From the human T2T-CHM13v2.0 reference genome, Homo sapiens: a stretch of 64,000 nt of DNA. The notes under the pieces were generated by a model that saw only the letters and a program-made list of their open reading frames with translations, was not told where the DNA came from and did no database searches. Positions 26,636 through 40,575 of the stretch are shown piece by piece. The number at the start of each line of letters is the position of its first letter. Within the stretch, counting starts at the first letter, position 1. A program made the position numbers and the translations under genes. The stretch lies in the NCBI RefSeq assembly GCF_009914755.1, contig NC_060934.1, one strand, 5' to 3'.

Positions 26636-26681
26636 ATTGAAAGTAATGGTAAAAACCACAATCACTTTCGTACAAACCTAA
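26636..26681. mobile_element. Half MADE1 (Hsmar1-derived MITE)
   Basis: attgaaagtaatggtaaaaaccacaatcactttcgtacaaacctaa followed by TA, versus consensus ATTGAAAGTAATGGCAAAAACCGCAATTACTTTTGCACCAACCTAA. Confidence 0.8.
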
Positions 26682-28528
26682 TAGAATCTAGGATTGGAAA
26701 TGTAAATGAGCCACCAGGTAATTAAACCACGCCTTTAGTCGCCTTTAATGGCCAGGTCAGGCATTATCATTTCAGTGTGTATTTTGCATTGCTCAGTTGG
26801 GCAGCTTGTCTGATTTAGCGCCTGGGTAAGATCTGGAGAACATCTGGAAGAATGAGTATTGGAGCGCCCATCATTGACTTCGGAAGACAGTTCCACAAGT
26901 CAGAAAGGAATCATGGCTGAGAGGATGTCAGTATACTTCCCACTTAGTGATAAGGGAAGATTATTACCTTTCTCTTAATTTGAGCTCATTAATCAGTAGT
27001 GATTGTGATCTTCCGAGTGTCGCACACAATTCTCGTGGTCTTTTGTTGTAATTGTAGCTGTCATAGTACAGCCTTAGCAGCACTATAATCCTATAAGGCT
27101 TTTCATACGTTGAATCTTTCCATTTATCTCCATTTTCAAAATTGTTTTATACCCTCTAGTTTCTTGCTATTAAAACATAGATCTAAGCAAAGGATTCCAG
27201 ACAAACCTAGGTATAAACTTTTAAATAAAAACTAGTTTTGCTTTGTATTTATTTGGGAGCTCAACTGACTGGATTCATTGCTTCTTATATCACAAAGGTG
27301 CATTGACATAAAGGGAAGAACTAAAGTATTATCAAATAAATTTCCTGTTCACAATAACATTGCTAAACACAGTGACAATACCTTCTACTGAGATGATAGC
27401 TAGTTGGGTGCCACATCTAATGGGAAGGTTAAAAAACGGCATCAGTTTATTCATCTTTATCACTAATATAGTAAAAATATTTCTAAGAAAAATTGAACTA
27501 AGAAAAGATTGCCATTTTTTTGAGTAGCAGTGCTTCTGAAAGCGGCACACTCACACTTTGATCATAGCTGTTATTTTTCATTCATGGTCCGTGCCTCCTA
27601 TTTTAAGCCTATTCATTTTTCTTCTAATTTTAACATTAAATAAAGCAAAATGAAAGCTTGTGTTATTATTTAGTATGAAAACACAGAACCTAATCACAGC
27701 TAACGAGTGTGATAAATGCTAGGCTGTACCTTCTCTTGTTTGGTGTGTGTTTTATATACAGGAGGTAACATAGGCTGAGGAACTAGGATGCCAAGTTACA
27801 GATGGGGTTGTGGAATGCTGTCTGACAGCCGATTAGAGTAATCTGTCAGAAATGATGACTTAATCACCATAACAGACTCCAAATTCCCTCATAGAATTCC
27901 ACCCAGAGTAATCTAGTTTTCCTGCAATATTTTATTTTATTTTATTTTTTGCCAGGACTAAATGGCTTTGTTGCTTGTTTTTTCCCCTTTGGTGTACGAC
28001 GTGATTTTAATGGAAATGTAAATAGGTGGTATCTTTACAGCACAAAGGCTGATTTGGAGCCTGATAAGCCAAAATCAGATATATAATCCTGGGTTCTGCA
28101 GTTTTTCTCCATCACTAGATTATTAGCCTGTGGAGTTGAGCACTGCTGGCTGTATATATCCCAGGTGACCGAGAAAGGCCATTCTCTCCAATGTGTTCTC
28201 TTAGCTTTCAGATGGGACCTTGTCTCCTTCCCCTCAGGGAAGCTCCTATACTTTGCAAAATAATAATGAAGAGGATGATGATGACAACTGTAGCGGGCAC
28301 TTACTGTGCCATCAGTGTTTTAAGTGTGTCACACACATCATGGCTATCAGGAAAAAGTTGTAATTTATTTCCACTGTAGTTTTTTTCCCCTGGTTGGGAG
28401 AAGGGGATATGAGATAAGGATCACTTCTGTTTCTTTGTTGTTACCAAACTCAAATCCACTTTTTTTTTTAAACTGGCTTAGATCACTTTTATAAAATTAT
28501 GTCAGCAAATGGTGATTGAAAGTTTTCT

Positions 28529-28811
28529 GACAAGGCACAGTGGGTCGTGCCTGTAATCTCAGCACTTTGGGAGGCCTAGACAGGTGGATCATCTTAGGAG
28601 TTTGAGACCAACCTGGCCAACATGGTGAAACCCCGTCTCTACAAAAATACAAAAAATTAGCCAGGCCTGGTGCAGGCGCCTGTAATCCCAGCTATTCGGG
28701 AGGCTAAGGCAGGAGAATCGCTTGAACCGAGAGGCAGAGGTTGCAGTGAGCTAACGTCATGCCATTGCATTACAGCCTGGGCAACAAGAGCAAAACTCCA
28801 TCTCAAAAAAA
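28529..28811 (+). mobile_element. AluS (Sq/Sp-like)
   Basis: Dimeric Alu with ctggccaacatggtgaaaccccgtctctac and ctgggcaacaagagcaaaactcc; short tail; aaagtttt on both flanks. Confidence 0.92.
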
Positions 28812-29639
28812 GTTTTTTGTGTGCCTACTATGTTAATCGTGATATGTAAAAGAACAACTTGAAATAGCGCTGAGACTTGGAGGTTAGGTAAATGCCATAT
28901 ATTCTGCCTCCATCATGGAATTGGCATCTTCAGAGGGTAACAGTTTTTTCCCGAATTTCCAAAGCAGTGTTCAGATAAATAGACCTTGCATAATCCAGGC
29001 AGTTAACATAAAGCCACATAGTAGGGCCTTTTGACATGAATGATTGTTCACCCAACAATGAGTGGTCTTCACTTTGATTCGTTTTATAGATTCCAGTGTA
29101 CTTTTTTGCACTATCAGTTTGTGAATACACCACAAAATGTAAGATCAATTAACGTCAGTGATTCACAACCATTGTTTCCTCTCACACTTCTCAGCGTCTA
29201 TGTAGAACATTTCAGACAGCTGGCCCTGTGAAAGAAACCTCAGAGTCTAATCCACTGTGTGAGTTTTGAACCTCTGGATCCAAGCATAGATTTAGCTCTG
29301 TCCTTGTTAGTCGAATGGCACATTAGCCGGGGCTACACTTCCCTGGCCTGACTCTAAAGCTATTTTTTTTTTCATTACATGTTTTTATTTCTTTCCTGCC
29401 CTTTTCATAAAACCCAAACAGTAATTTTTGTTCTTGGGCTAATTGTTAAAACATTGTATGTGTATATGCAAATACACAGGTATACTGCACACACATATAA
29501 AGTATGAGTTCCTCATTGGAAAGAAGCCTGTAGGTGGAGGCAATCTTTATGTGTAGCGTGGAAGAGGGAAATTATGGTAATGTTACAGATTCTTAGAAAC
29601 CCCAAACTTACTTACACCACAACTGTGTGGATGCACATG

Positions 29640-29830
29640 ACAGGCGGCGTGGGGTAGAGGCCTCAGGCTTGTGCTCCCACCGGACAGACCTGGATTCGAA
29701 TCCCTGCTCTGCCACCTGCTTGCTGTCTGACTCGGCCAAGTTATTTAGCCTCTCTCTGCCTGGGTTCCTCATAGGTACCGATTTCTGGGGCTCTTGTCAA
29801 AATTCAGTTAATGACCATGCATAAAGAGCC
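29640..29830 (+). mobile_element. MIR
   Basis: cctggattcgaatccctgctctgccacctgcttgctgtctgactcggccaagttatttagcctctctctgcctgggttcctcat matches the MIR tRNA-derived head and core. Confidence 0.8.
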
Positions 29831-29840
29831 TGTAGAGTGA

Positions 29841-30251
<411 letters not shown>

Positions 30252-33123
30252 AGCTGCTTGTTATTGATCTGACAGATTATTTTTGTCATCTGTATTCTTT
30301 TAGAGATGTCCTTCTATTAAAGATATCTTAGCAAGTTTACCGTAGTGTTAGTGTTTTGTTTTTATTTTTTTAATTTGAAGGTTCTTCTTTAGTGCTGATT
30401 GATGTTCCTAAGTCACCATCCCTAAAGCTATTTTTGATTATTCCCCATCTCTGCTATCAGGAGCATAATAGAACAGTGGCTGGAATTAGAGTCACTCATG
30501 AGGGAGACAGGCAAACCTGTGTGGGTTGGGGGTGTCTTCCTATGTAATAGAAGGTCTCGTGGTGGGGCATGCTGTCTTTCATTTGAGGGGATGATGGGCC
30601 TCCAGTTGGTGGCGAATCTTTTGAAACTTGTTTTTAGCATTCCCAAATTTTTTTAGAGAAAAATTCAGAAAGTACAGGTGCCTTTGGCGTTTCATAGTCA
30701 ATATACAAGCGAGACACAAGTATTCTCCATGGATGATTTTTGTGTTGTCATGGAATGAAAGAAAAATACCAGTGGGTCTTTACTGGCCATAATATTTTCG
30801 TTTTCTCAGTTGGCACATAGCTCTTTCGTGAATTCACTTCTTTCCATCCCCTCTCTCTACTTTTAAATATTTTATGGGCAGTAAGCTCACAATATGTGCT
30901 AGCACGGCTGCTCTCTCCAGGGGTCAGGATGGGTTTAATAATGAGATGCGTAACAGTGACTCTGTAAAAACCCATTTCAGGTTAAAAATGGCATGTTTTA
31001 TTGAATCTCATGTTAAAGGTGGTTAACTCATCAATTGGTGATGGCTGGGGTTAAACAAGTTCCAACATGAGTTCTCCTGTGTGTGAGGAGCCAGCTGTGC
31101 CCCCTGCCCGCAGCTGCTTCCTTCCCCCAGGACTCTGTCTCCAGACTAGGCCTGTGTTGGCTCGGAACCCTCCCTTCCTACAGCAGAGACCCACCGAGGC
31201 AGAGGGCTTCAGAGAGCCCCACGAGGTTGTGTCCATAGTGGCGACTCTGGAGAGTATAGCTGCTGGGTGCAGCTGCTCCGTGGCCAGCTTCACGGCGGCA
31301 CCAGGTGGTGACAGCTGTTGGCAGAGCTGTGTGCAGCGCTCTGTGCATGCACTTACCCCTCAGACTTGAGAAATGGCTTTGCTCCAAAGTCGTACTCTCA
31401 TTTTCATTTTCATGAGTCACAGCTGGGGCCTTGTGGGAAGAATCGAAGGTCAGCTTACTCAGGAGTGAGGGGCATCAGGTCCAGTCACAGGCCAGCCAGG
31501 GTGAGGACCAGGGTGGACCACTCAGCTCTGGGACCCTGTGTGTGTGTAGGGAGGGAGAAGAGGTGGGAGGACCATGGGCTGCTTATCCCCAGGAGGTGGG
31601 ACGAAGGGGGAGGCCTGATGCTGGGAGGCTTGTGTGGTCCGCCACCAACAGATGGCTCCTACCAGGGCGACAGGGACGGAGGCGCCGGTGGCAACTGGTG
31701 CTGGGTCAGAACCAAGCCACTGCGTGCTGTCGTGGGTGCAGAAGCTTAGCTTTGGGGTAGAAGGGACAGTGGGCCAGGGGCCTTCCCTCAAGAAGCTCCA
31801 GCTCACTGAAAGCCCAAGCAGACCCCTGAAGGACTATACCTCTGTGTGCCGAGATGCTCCCCTCCATGAGCTCCACCTTCATTGTGCATAGGACGCTGAT
31901 TCTTAGTACACAGCAGCAACAGAGCTTCAGCAGATGCCTTCTTGGGACCGCGCTTGACTCTAGTTCCTTCTCCCCGGGAGGGAGAAAGGGAAGGAGCCTT
32001 TGAAATTTCCCCTTTCGCTATGTTTCACTGGTTTTTAAACAAATAGGGCTAAATAGAGACCAAGAAGTTAACCATGTACCTTAACGTGCGGCTTTAGGCA
32101 AAATGTTATTCAAAAAAAAAAAAAAAAAGCTTCTAAAAATTCATGTACCATCAAGGAAATCTTCACATGAATGGGTTTAGAAGCCTTTCTTGATAGCAAT
32201 GTGAACTTGAAGAAATGTGTGACATCCCGTTTACTCCCATCAACAGGATCTATTTCCAAAACTCATGCTCCTGCCATTTCCCCACAAGCATGCTGCGGCC
32301 TTGCGTGAGAGGACCAGAGATCTCCTGTCGTCTTCCAGGCTTGCTGCAAGTGCAGCTGAGATGAACATAAGTAATAGACTCATTAATTGTTTCATCGTGA
32401 CTCAGGAAAACCACTCTGTAAAGTCAGAGGCTGGTGTTTGTAAAATTCTTAGACTCGTCGAACAGCATAGACAGATCATGACAGCACAGACCACTGAAGA
32501 TTTTTTTAGATACAGCCCATACTGTGTCTGAAAAATACTCACTCCTGAATTAAAACTTCCCATTCTGTGTGGCTGGAGATGCAGCCTCAGTTTAATTAGC
32601 ACACGTCTCTTCAGAGACTCCTTGCAAAAATTCTGGAAGATCGTGTACTCCCTTGTCATAGACAGAGGAAGGAGGTGGCCCCTGGGAACTAGCCTCAGCC
32701 CTGACCCTAGCCACACAGTAGGTAGATTGAATTAGCGACCACCACATCACCTGGGCCCTCCCCCGTCTCCTGCTGTCTACTGGGACCTGCAGGCATGTGC
32801 AGGGCACAGCATGAGATCCTGCCTCCAGCCCCATCTAACTCTGGCAGCAGGGAGGGCCAGGGTCCCTAGTCATGGGGAAGCAGTTGAGAAGCAACAGTTC
32901 TGACCCCACTCATTTCATCATTAGCTCTTGAGAAGGGTGCTCAGGGTGTGGCCACTGGCTGCCGCCTGTCCTGGCACCTAGGGAAGATTTCATTCAGGAG
33001 TGAGTAGATGGGCATTGTTTCTTTTTACTTGAAATTGTCCAGCCTATGAACATATCCCTCACTGTTAGTCTTGTGCTTTAGGTGTCTTGTTTTCGGTGAA
33101 TGTTCTTTTTAACAACTTCCATT

Positions 33124-33439
33124 GGCCGGGCGTGGTGGCTCACGCCTATAATCCCAGCACTTTGGGAGGCCGAGGTGGGTGGATCCCAAGGTCAGGAGAT
33201 CGAGACCATCGTGGCTAACATGGTGAAACCCTGTCTCTGCTAAAAATACAAAGAAAATTAGTTGGGCGTGGTGGCGGGCGCCTGTAGTCCCAGCTACTCA
33301 GGAGGCTGAGGCAGGAGAATGGCATGAACCCGGGAGGCAGAGCTTTCAGTGAGCCGAGATCATGCCACTGCACTCCATCCAGCCTAGGTGACAGAGCAAG
33401 ACTCCGTCTCAAAAAAAAAAAAAACAGCATAAAAACAAC
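33124..33439 (+). mobile_element. AluY
   Basis: ggccgggcgtggtggctcacgcc...gagatcgagaccatc...gagaatggcatgaacccggg; A/CAA tail; TSD aacaacttcc(a/g)tt. Confidence 0.94.
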
Positions 33440-35199
33440 AACAACTTCCGTTGCTTCCTCTGTTGGTTAGGATATCGTATCATTGTTCTTGATCAACAGT
33501 AGGGCCTATTTTCTCTTATTCTGTGCCTCCAAATAAATTGTTCTTTTCCCTGAAATGTCCTTTCCACATCTTCCGGTTAACATGAGGATTGCTTTGAGAA
33601 TGAATGCAGACATAGCTTCATCTGAGACGCCTTCCCCAGCGTGTCCTTCCTCCATCTGTGTCTGGTGTCTCTTCTCTGAGTTCGCACCGTACAGCTCTTA
33701 CCACGTCTCTTATCACGCTGTGGGAAATGCTTGCTGTATCTGTCTCTCCTACCACACTGCAAGCTCCATCACAATGAGAACCCCTTCTCATCCTCCTCTT
33801 CCCAGCATCTAACATATAGTGTCTGGTAAAAACAGAAACACGTGAATAAACAAGCAGTCATACTGGGTCAAATCATTGAAACGATTTCTGTTACAGGGAA
33901 AGAATTCTTTTTCCATCCTTATACTTTAAAACTTTGAACTAGAATGTCTACTCTTTTATAATAACTTCTCAAGAAATCTCCCAAAGTTCTGGGAGTCGGA
34001 AGATTTTGAGGAAGTGAAACAGTATTATGACAATGACTCCTCCCACCCATTTTTTTGTCTTCCTTGACATTTACATCTTGTATGTGATCAGAAATCTGTA
34101 ACTCAAATGAACTGTTCATGGTAATGAGCCATTATTAATACAGTCCTGATTGAACACCTTTCTCTAAGAAGGTCACAGTGCTTTGCATACATTATCTAGC
34201 TTGTCTTCAGAACATACCTGAAGTGGGGTGACCATCTATTCAGAATTCACCATGGTCTGACAATCCACGGCTCTGCGAAGTTGATTTTTCCCCTGCTGAG
34301 CCCAGGAAAGAGCAAAACAAAGTTCAGGTGTGCAGTGGCAGTAGCTGAGTTATCACCATCACTGCTGCTTCGCAGAGCCTTCTGAAGAGTCTTACGGCAG
34401 CACAAGCCAATTCTCTGAGCAGCTGCACGAATGCTAAGGGTGCAGTCTTGGTGTCATATGAGTCATACAGCTATAGAGATCAGGTCCTACAGGAGTTGGG
34501 GGGAAGGGAAGATTACTTTCCCCTAGGGATATTGCAGGTGCCTTTAGACGAGTGTGTGTCTGCCCTCTTCAGTGAGTGAAGCATGCCGTTCTTAACCGAA
34601 GGCTCATATGGCCAAGTCCCACATTGGACATTTTATGGAGAAGCAGTGTGGTTTAGGGGAGGCATCACCAGATTAAGAGTGGAGATATTAGAGTTGTGTG
34701 ATCCCAGCTCTGTCGTTAATCACCTGTGTCTATGCAGTCACTTATTCCCTTCATACCTGTCAGCCGAGAGCACTGACTGCGTGATTTCCAGGGTCCTTTA
34801 CAGCTTTAGAGTATAGGGGCTCTGTTTTTGCTGCTCCCGAATTTCCACCTCCCATCATCCACGCATTTCACAGATGCATCTGAATGCTCACAGTGCTCTA
34901 TTTGTGCTCTTCTGTTTGTCCCTGTTTTTTATGTGGATGCGTATCGACCGCCATGATAGACTGCACACTCCCTGTGGGCAGGAGCCATGTTCATTTCATT
35001 TTTGTGTCCCAGGCATAATGTAGGTGCGCTCACCTCATCTCTCCCATATCTTGAACCTGTGAATCTCAGTGGACTCTTTTCAGCAGATGAACCTGTATAA
35101 GTCTTTCCTGTCTTGAAAGGACAGATGGGTGGCCCCCATCCTCCACTGAGCTTCCTGTTGAACTCCCTTTGCAGGTGACGTCAAAATAGAAGAAGCCCT

Positions 35200-36010
35200 C
35201 ATTCACCATATCTACTGTTACCCTCCTCCTTTCCCCTCTACTTCCCATGACCAGTTGTTCACTGCCCCTCCACAGAACCTACTTCTGATAAATCCCGTGA
35301 AGAATTTTTTATTGCCAGATCCAAATTCTTTGGCCTCTCACAGTGTTTGCTGTGGCCTGATTCTCCCTCATTCTGGAAACTCCTCTCCTCTCATGGCTCC
35401 CATGGGACCAGTTGCTCCTGCAGCTCCTCCTGCCCCTCACTCTGCTCTCCTTGGACTCCTCTTTCCTGGTATTCTCTGCAGTTCTGTCCTCGGCTCTCAG
35501 CTCTTTGCACCCTTCTTTCCCTCGCTGACAGCTTCGCGCATACCTGTGGCTTCACTGTCACGCTAAGGAACATTCTCTGTGGCCCTGGCCCGTCTCTCGA
35601 GCCTGAGCCCCATGATTACAACTTCTGTCTGTACCCCACAGTCACATCAACCTTAGCATGTCCAGACCTGCGCTCGTCAGCCGCCTCTGAAACTCTTTGC
35701 TCATGCTTTCCCCATTCGGGCAGTCATCCCACAGTCACCTGGTTGTACAGACCTGGAGTTCCCCTTCTCCACCATCCCCACAACCAGCCAGTCGCCATGA
35801 AGTTCAGCCTCCACCAGTGTTCCCTGGCCTGCGGCAGCAGCCTCTTAACTGTCCTCCCTGCCTGTGTCTCTCGTCTGTAATCCACCCTCCACACGGCAGC
35901 CAAAATGGCTTTTCTAGAATTTCGATCTTGTTTCCTTTGTTACTTCTTCTGTACCTGACCACATACTTTCAGACAAAATTTCAGTTCCTTAGCTTGCAAG
36001 ACCCTCTGAG
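35200..36010 (+). mobile_element. Degraded L2 (ORF2/3' region)
   Basis: C-rich tract with L2-like motifs: cattctggaaactcctctcctctcatggctcccatg, ctctttcctggtattctc, gcagcctcttaactgtcctccctgcc...gtaatccaccctccacacggcagccaaa. Confidence 0.6.
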
Positions 36011-37429
36011 AGCTGGGTGTTGCCCACCTTCACCGCCCCTTCCCGTGGTCCTCCATGCTCACACTGGGAGCTCCCTGTGAGAGGGAACTGTCACCCTTCC
36101 ACTTCCTGGGTCACTGCGGGGCTGCCCCGTGAGTTTCACATGCCGGCCCCCCTTCAGTGCTCGCACGTCCAAGGACTCGGCCCAGATGCAGCCTTGGCTT
36201 TCCTCGCCAGGCAGGATTAAGTCCCACACCCCTGGACCCCTGTGGGCTCTGTCCTGCCTCTCCCCACATGCTTGCCAGGGTGCTTACCGGCTGAGGGCTC
36301 AGTGTCTCTCCTGCCCCTGCCATCCCACCCCCTCCATCCTATGCCCGCCATCCCATGCCCGCCATCCCACCCCTGCCACACTGAGCACCTGAAGGGAGGA
36401 CCTTCTTCACTGGCCTTTGTTCCCAGTTTTTGGCCTAGAGACTGACATAGGGTACCTGTTTGCTCCATACCTGCTGGACAACCAGACAGATGCATGCTGG
36501 GAGGATCGCTTGCTCAAAGACTCTGCCCATCTCCCCCAGGCATGTTGCTGGTCCTTCTCTCCATTTCTATAGGATAGAGGTCACATTCCTCAGCCCAACT
36601 CATGGCTTTCCACAGGTGACTTGTCCTGCTTTTGAAGAGGCAGCTCACTTAGCCTCTTTCTTCTCCCTCCTCCTCTGTTCTGAAGACCCAGGCCGGCATT
36701 AGGTGCACGTGATCCTGACTGCCTGATGATAATTTCCCATGATGAAAGTATCAGAGCCAAGTGCCATTTCCCTTTCATTGAAATTAGATAAAACCCAGAG
36801 CTGTGGCTTGCAAGTGATGGAAGTCCACTGGGGAAATGAAAGGTGCCGAGAGAATGGGACCCATTATAATGAAAGCATTTGCGCAGCCAGTGATTCCTTC
36901 CACCCCGTGGCTCCTGTGTTCCTCAGGGTGCAATGAAATGTGAAGCAGGAGGACCTTTGGAGGTGGTTTGAGGAATTGATTCTAATTGGTAATGGTGGCA
37001 GCATTGTGTGCTTGGAGCATGCTCTGCGGACCAGGCACCGGGTGTGATGGGCACTTTAGGAAGAGCCATGGGTCCCCCGGGTCCACTGTAGCTCAGGACC
37101 TCGGCCCCGCTGTGTCTAGTCCTTTCTACTCCTGTCATGTGCTGGACATGATCAGAAGGTGTCTCCCTCCCTTCCACCCTCCTCCTCTCCATCCTTCCTT
37201 CCATCCTTCCTTCCATTCTTCAGTGGCTCTTTGTTCGTATTCTGTATTTGTATTAGCATTTAATAAAAATTATATACTGATACCAAAGTCAGTCAACTGC
37301 TAGACCTTCAAATTACTCATGAGGCCTAAGAAAAACCTATGTGACAAACATAGGATGGCCAGAAAAGTCTGCATGATTTAATTTTATAATAATTTTTATA
37401 ATGATACAATAACAATAGCTAAGTTATTT

Positions 37430-37685
37430 TCAACGCATCTTAGCCTCTACTTATGAAGCACTTTACATGCATTTTCTCGTTTAATTCTGACAGCCTTACA
37501 ATTCAGGTGTTACCTCCATCTCACAGATGAGGAGACCAAAGCTCAGAGAAGTTGAGACACTTGCTCGAGATTGCATGGCTGTAATAAATGGCAGGAGCAG
37601 AATTGCCTGTAACATAGAGGCAGAAATCATATCGAGTGGCAGAACCAGGTTTCACACTGAAGTCTGACTGCAGAGCCCAAGCTTT
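37430..37685 (-). mobile_element. MIR, about 220 nt upstream of exon B
   Basis: aagcactttacatgcattttctcgtttaattct...ctccatctcacagatgaggagaccaaagctcagagaagttgagacacttgctcgag. Confidence 0.8.
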
Positions 37686-37905
37686 TAAATATGTTCTGTG
37701 TTACAGGGCCCCGTGACTTCAAAGGGTTTGATTCCCGAACAGAAAATACAGGCTTACTTTTTAACATAGTTAATAGTACCTGGAGACGTCTTGTTGTCAC
37801 TTATGTGCCCTTAAAACAGTATCAGTAATCGAATTGCTGCAGATTTCTGAGATGATTTTTACAGTTGTTCAATCTGCCTTTACTTTCTCCCTTTTGTGTT
37901 TTTAG

Positions 37906-37954
37906 ATGCATCATCCCATTCAGATGAAACCTGCAGATAGTGAAAAGTCCAACG
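37906..37954 (+). CDS. CELF2: CELF2 coding exon B (49 nt, phase 0 to 1): RRM1 beta4 and linker
   Basis: Acceptor ctttctcccttttgtgtttttag|ATG, donor ACG|gtaggt. Translates MHHPIQMKPADSEKSN plus 1 nt. Confidence 0.95.
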
Positions 37955-38978
37955 GTAGGTGGTAACCAACTGTCTTGCTTAATAATAATATCTGCTGCTT
38001 TAAATTACAAAGTCAGTTGGGGGCGGGAGAAGCCGGCCCAGCTGCTTTTCTCTCTAGAGGACAGAGAGCGCTGCTCCTGGAATCTTCTCTGTGGCCTGTG
38101 TGTCTGGAGTAATGCACTCGCCACTCTCCTCTCTCCTGTCCTGTTGATGATCTCTGGCGTAAAGATGTATGAGGCTGTTACAAGCAGTGGCTTTCTGTGT
38201 CCTTCTCTTTGGGACTTGCCCTGTATAGGGACCCTGTGGCATTTGGTTCCTGTCTCCTCCAACAAAGCAATACAGGGACATCTCATGGGGATCCAGAGGA
38301 CGTCTGCAGGAAAGGAATTGCCCATGAAGAATTAGGCTTTCTGTGGGTGGGGGAGGGGCGTTGGTTTTTGTTTTTTTACCTTTTGCATGTGTTTCTTTTG
38401 GACTTGGAGACTGCCTTATTGTACTCTTCTCTAAATTGCTCCAATGTATTTGCATCAGAATTCAGAGTTCAGTCTGCTGATTAAATAAGCGTACACTTGG
38501 TGCAAAAATCTGCATTTGATGAGGTCCATAAACAATTGGGTTTTGCCTATTCGAGACATGAGAGAGTTGATAGCCACATTTCCCTCTTTTAAGTTTTTGT
38601 TCCCTTTCAGCGAACCTTCTGTCCCTTTTTTGTACTTTTAATTTACTGAAATGTATGTTAAAAGAATCTTCTACCATCCTAGACTGGAGAGCTGCTCTGT
38701 CCCATAAGACTGACATAATCAGTACTGTTTCCTTCCAGCAGGCAGTTTTGCACCTCATTAATTAGTAATCAGGGCAGAAGCCATGCACTTAGAGATCTAC
38801 GTATCTGCAAATGTAAATTATGATTGGGCTCTAAATCTCTCCACAAGGTATTTTTTGCTAATTGTAGTGCATTCCATTTTCTGGCTTCTCCACAGAATAG
38901 AAAGTTTTGAAGAAAATTCCAAGTCATAGCATGGTGCTGCCAGCACCCGACTTGTCAGAGCTTTCTTCTCTCAGCTTT

Positions 38979-39107
38979 CAGCAGAAGGCAGCGGCCCATA
39001 CCTGTAGTTGAAGCTGCTCAGGAGGCCAAGGCAGGAGGATCCCTTGAGCCCAGGAGTTCAAGGCCAGCCTGGGCAACATAGATATATAAATAAAGAAAAT
39101 AAAAAAA
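38979..39107 (+). mobile_element. FLAM / Alu monomer
   Basis: cctgtagt...ggaggccaaggcaggaggatcccttgagcccaggagttcaaggccagcctgggcaacatag followed by an A-rich tail. Confidence 0.85.
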
Positions 39108-40016
39108 TAGCTTTTCTCTCTCTAGGAGGAGACTTTGGTGCTTTAACCACTGTCTTCTCCTCAGCCCTGCACTTTACTTAGGGTTAATTCGTTTTTTTCT
39201 CTACTGCTTTATCACAAACATGACACTTAGCACCAGAAGTTGTCAAATCCGCTGCTGCTCTGTGGCCCTGTGAGTGAGCCACGCCACTCCTGTAGTCACC
39301 AGTTGTTCATCAGTTACCGTGTGCCACGCATGTTGCTAGGAGCTGGGGCTGCAGCACTGAATAGAAAAAGGAAGAAGAAAAGACCCCAAGAGACTGTGTC
39401 TCTGACCTTGTAGAACTGACATTCAGTCTACTGATTTAAGTATCCAGAAGTCACTTAAACATTGAACTTGGATTTCTGCAGTTGTAAAATGGAATTGATG
39501 GTAACTGTCTCACCTAAGTTGCCTTCCCCTGAGCCCAAGACTCAAATAAGGTGTTTGTAACAGTCTCTGTAATGATAGAATGCCTCTACGAAATGTTGAT
39601 TACTGTTTGCACCCAGAGGTGGTCTCCTGGCCTCTGCAGGCTCTCCATGGAGCGTGCTGGCCTGGGAAGAAGACCACTTCACCCAGGCGGGCTCCTTTCA
39701 GCCCTTGTGCTCCAGAGGTGCGTGCTTGCAGTCTGATGACTTCCTTGGTGGGAGACACGAGAGATGACTCTTGTATTTTGGGATGAATCCTGTTGGTACA
39801 AGTCATCTCAGAGTGTGTGGCCACCAAGAAATGTTCCCTGCCTTTGGCTCCATGATACTCTAAACTGTATTTAGAGTATTCAGGACAAGGACCATGAAGT
39901 GAAAGTCTATGGAAAAGGGTTTGTCTCACTTCTGAACCTTTGGTTGTAGATATAGAAACATGACAAATTAGCCAAATTGAAAACATTTGACCTGAAATAT
40001 CCCAGTACTGAAACAC

Positions 40017-40051
<35 letters not shown>

Positions 40052-40319
40052 GCATTTTCTGCTGTGCAGGTATTCATTTGCCTCAGAGAACCCTTTCTAC
40101 AGGCAGCTGCCAGGAGTTTGCAGAGTGTTTTGTTGTTCTTTCTGTCCAGTGTCCACTGTGGTCCCTGAGAATCACATTTGCTTTGGGTCTAGAATCACAG
40201 CACATAATAAAACTGTCATGGGCACACCCAATGTTGCATGATCACAGAAGCCAAGGAGGACCGGGCACCGTTATTTCTAGGATAAGACGGTTACCTGAAA
40301 ATGCTGTTTTTCAAGCAGC

Positions 40320-40575
40320 AGCCTGGGGTAGCAGTTATGAACTATTTGGAGAAGCCTGGATTTGACCCGACTCCACGCTTGTTGGTTTTGTCCTTGGTCA
40401 AGTTATTTAACCTTACTCAGCATCAGTGTCTCTTCAGCTGTGAGAGGGGGCTACAGTGGTGTCATCTGAACACTTGTTGTAATGCCCGTCTTACAAGGTT
40501 ATTTGAGGTTTACATAAGTTAACGTCTATAAAGAGCTCAGCATAATACCCGGCACATGGCAAGTATCCAGTGTGC
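40320..40575 (+). mobile_element. MIR
   Basis: cctggatttgacccgactcc...ccttggtcaagttatttaacctt...tataaagagctcagcataatacccggcacatggcaagt. Confidence 0.75.

Noticed and set aside
31295-31660. CTCF-like motifs gcaccaggtggtg and ccaacagatggctc
   Set aside because: Each has two mismatches to the core and cannot be supported without PWM scoring or ChIP data.
35255-36080. Several overlapping 100-177 aa Pro/Ser/Leu-rich ORFs
   Set aside because: They come from C-rich, stop-poor decayed L2 sequence.
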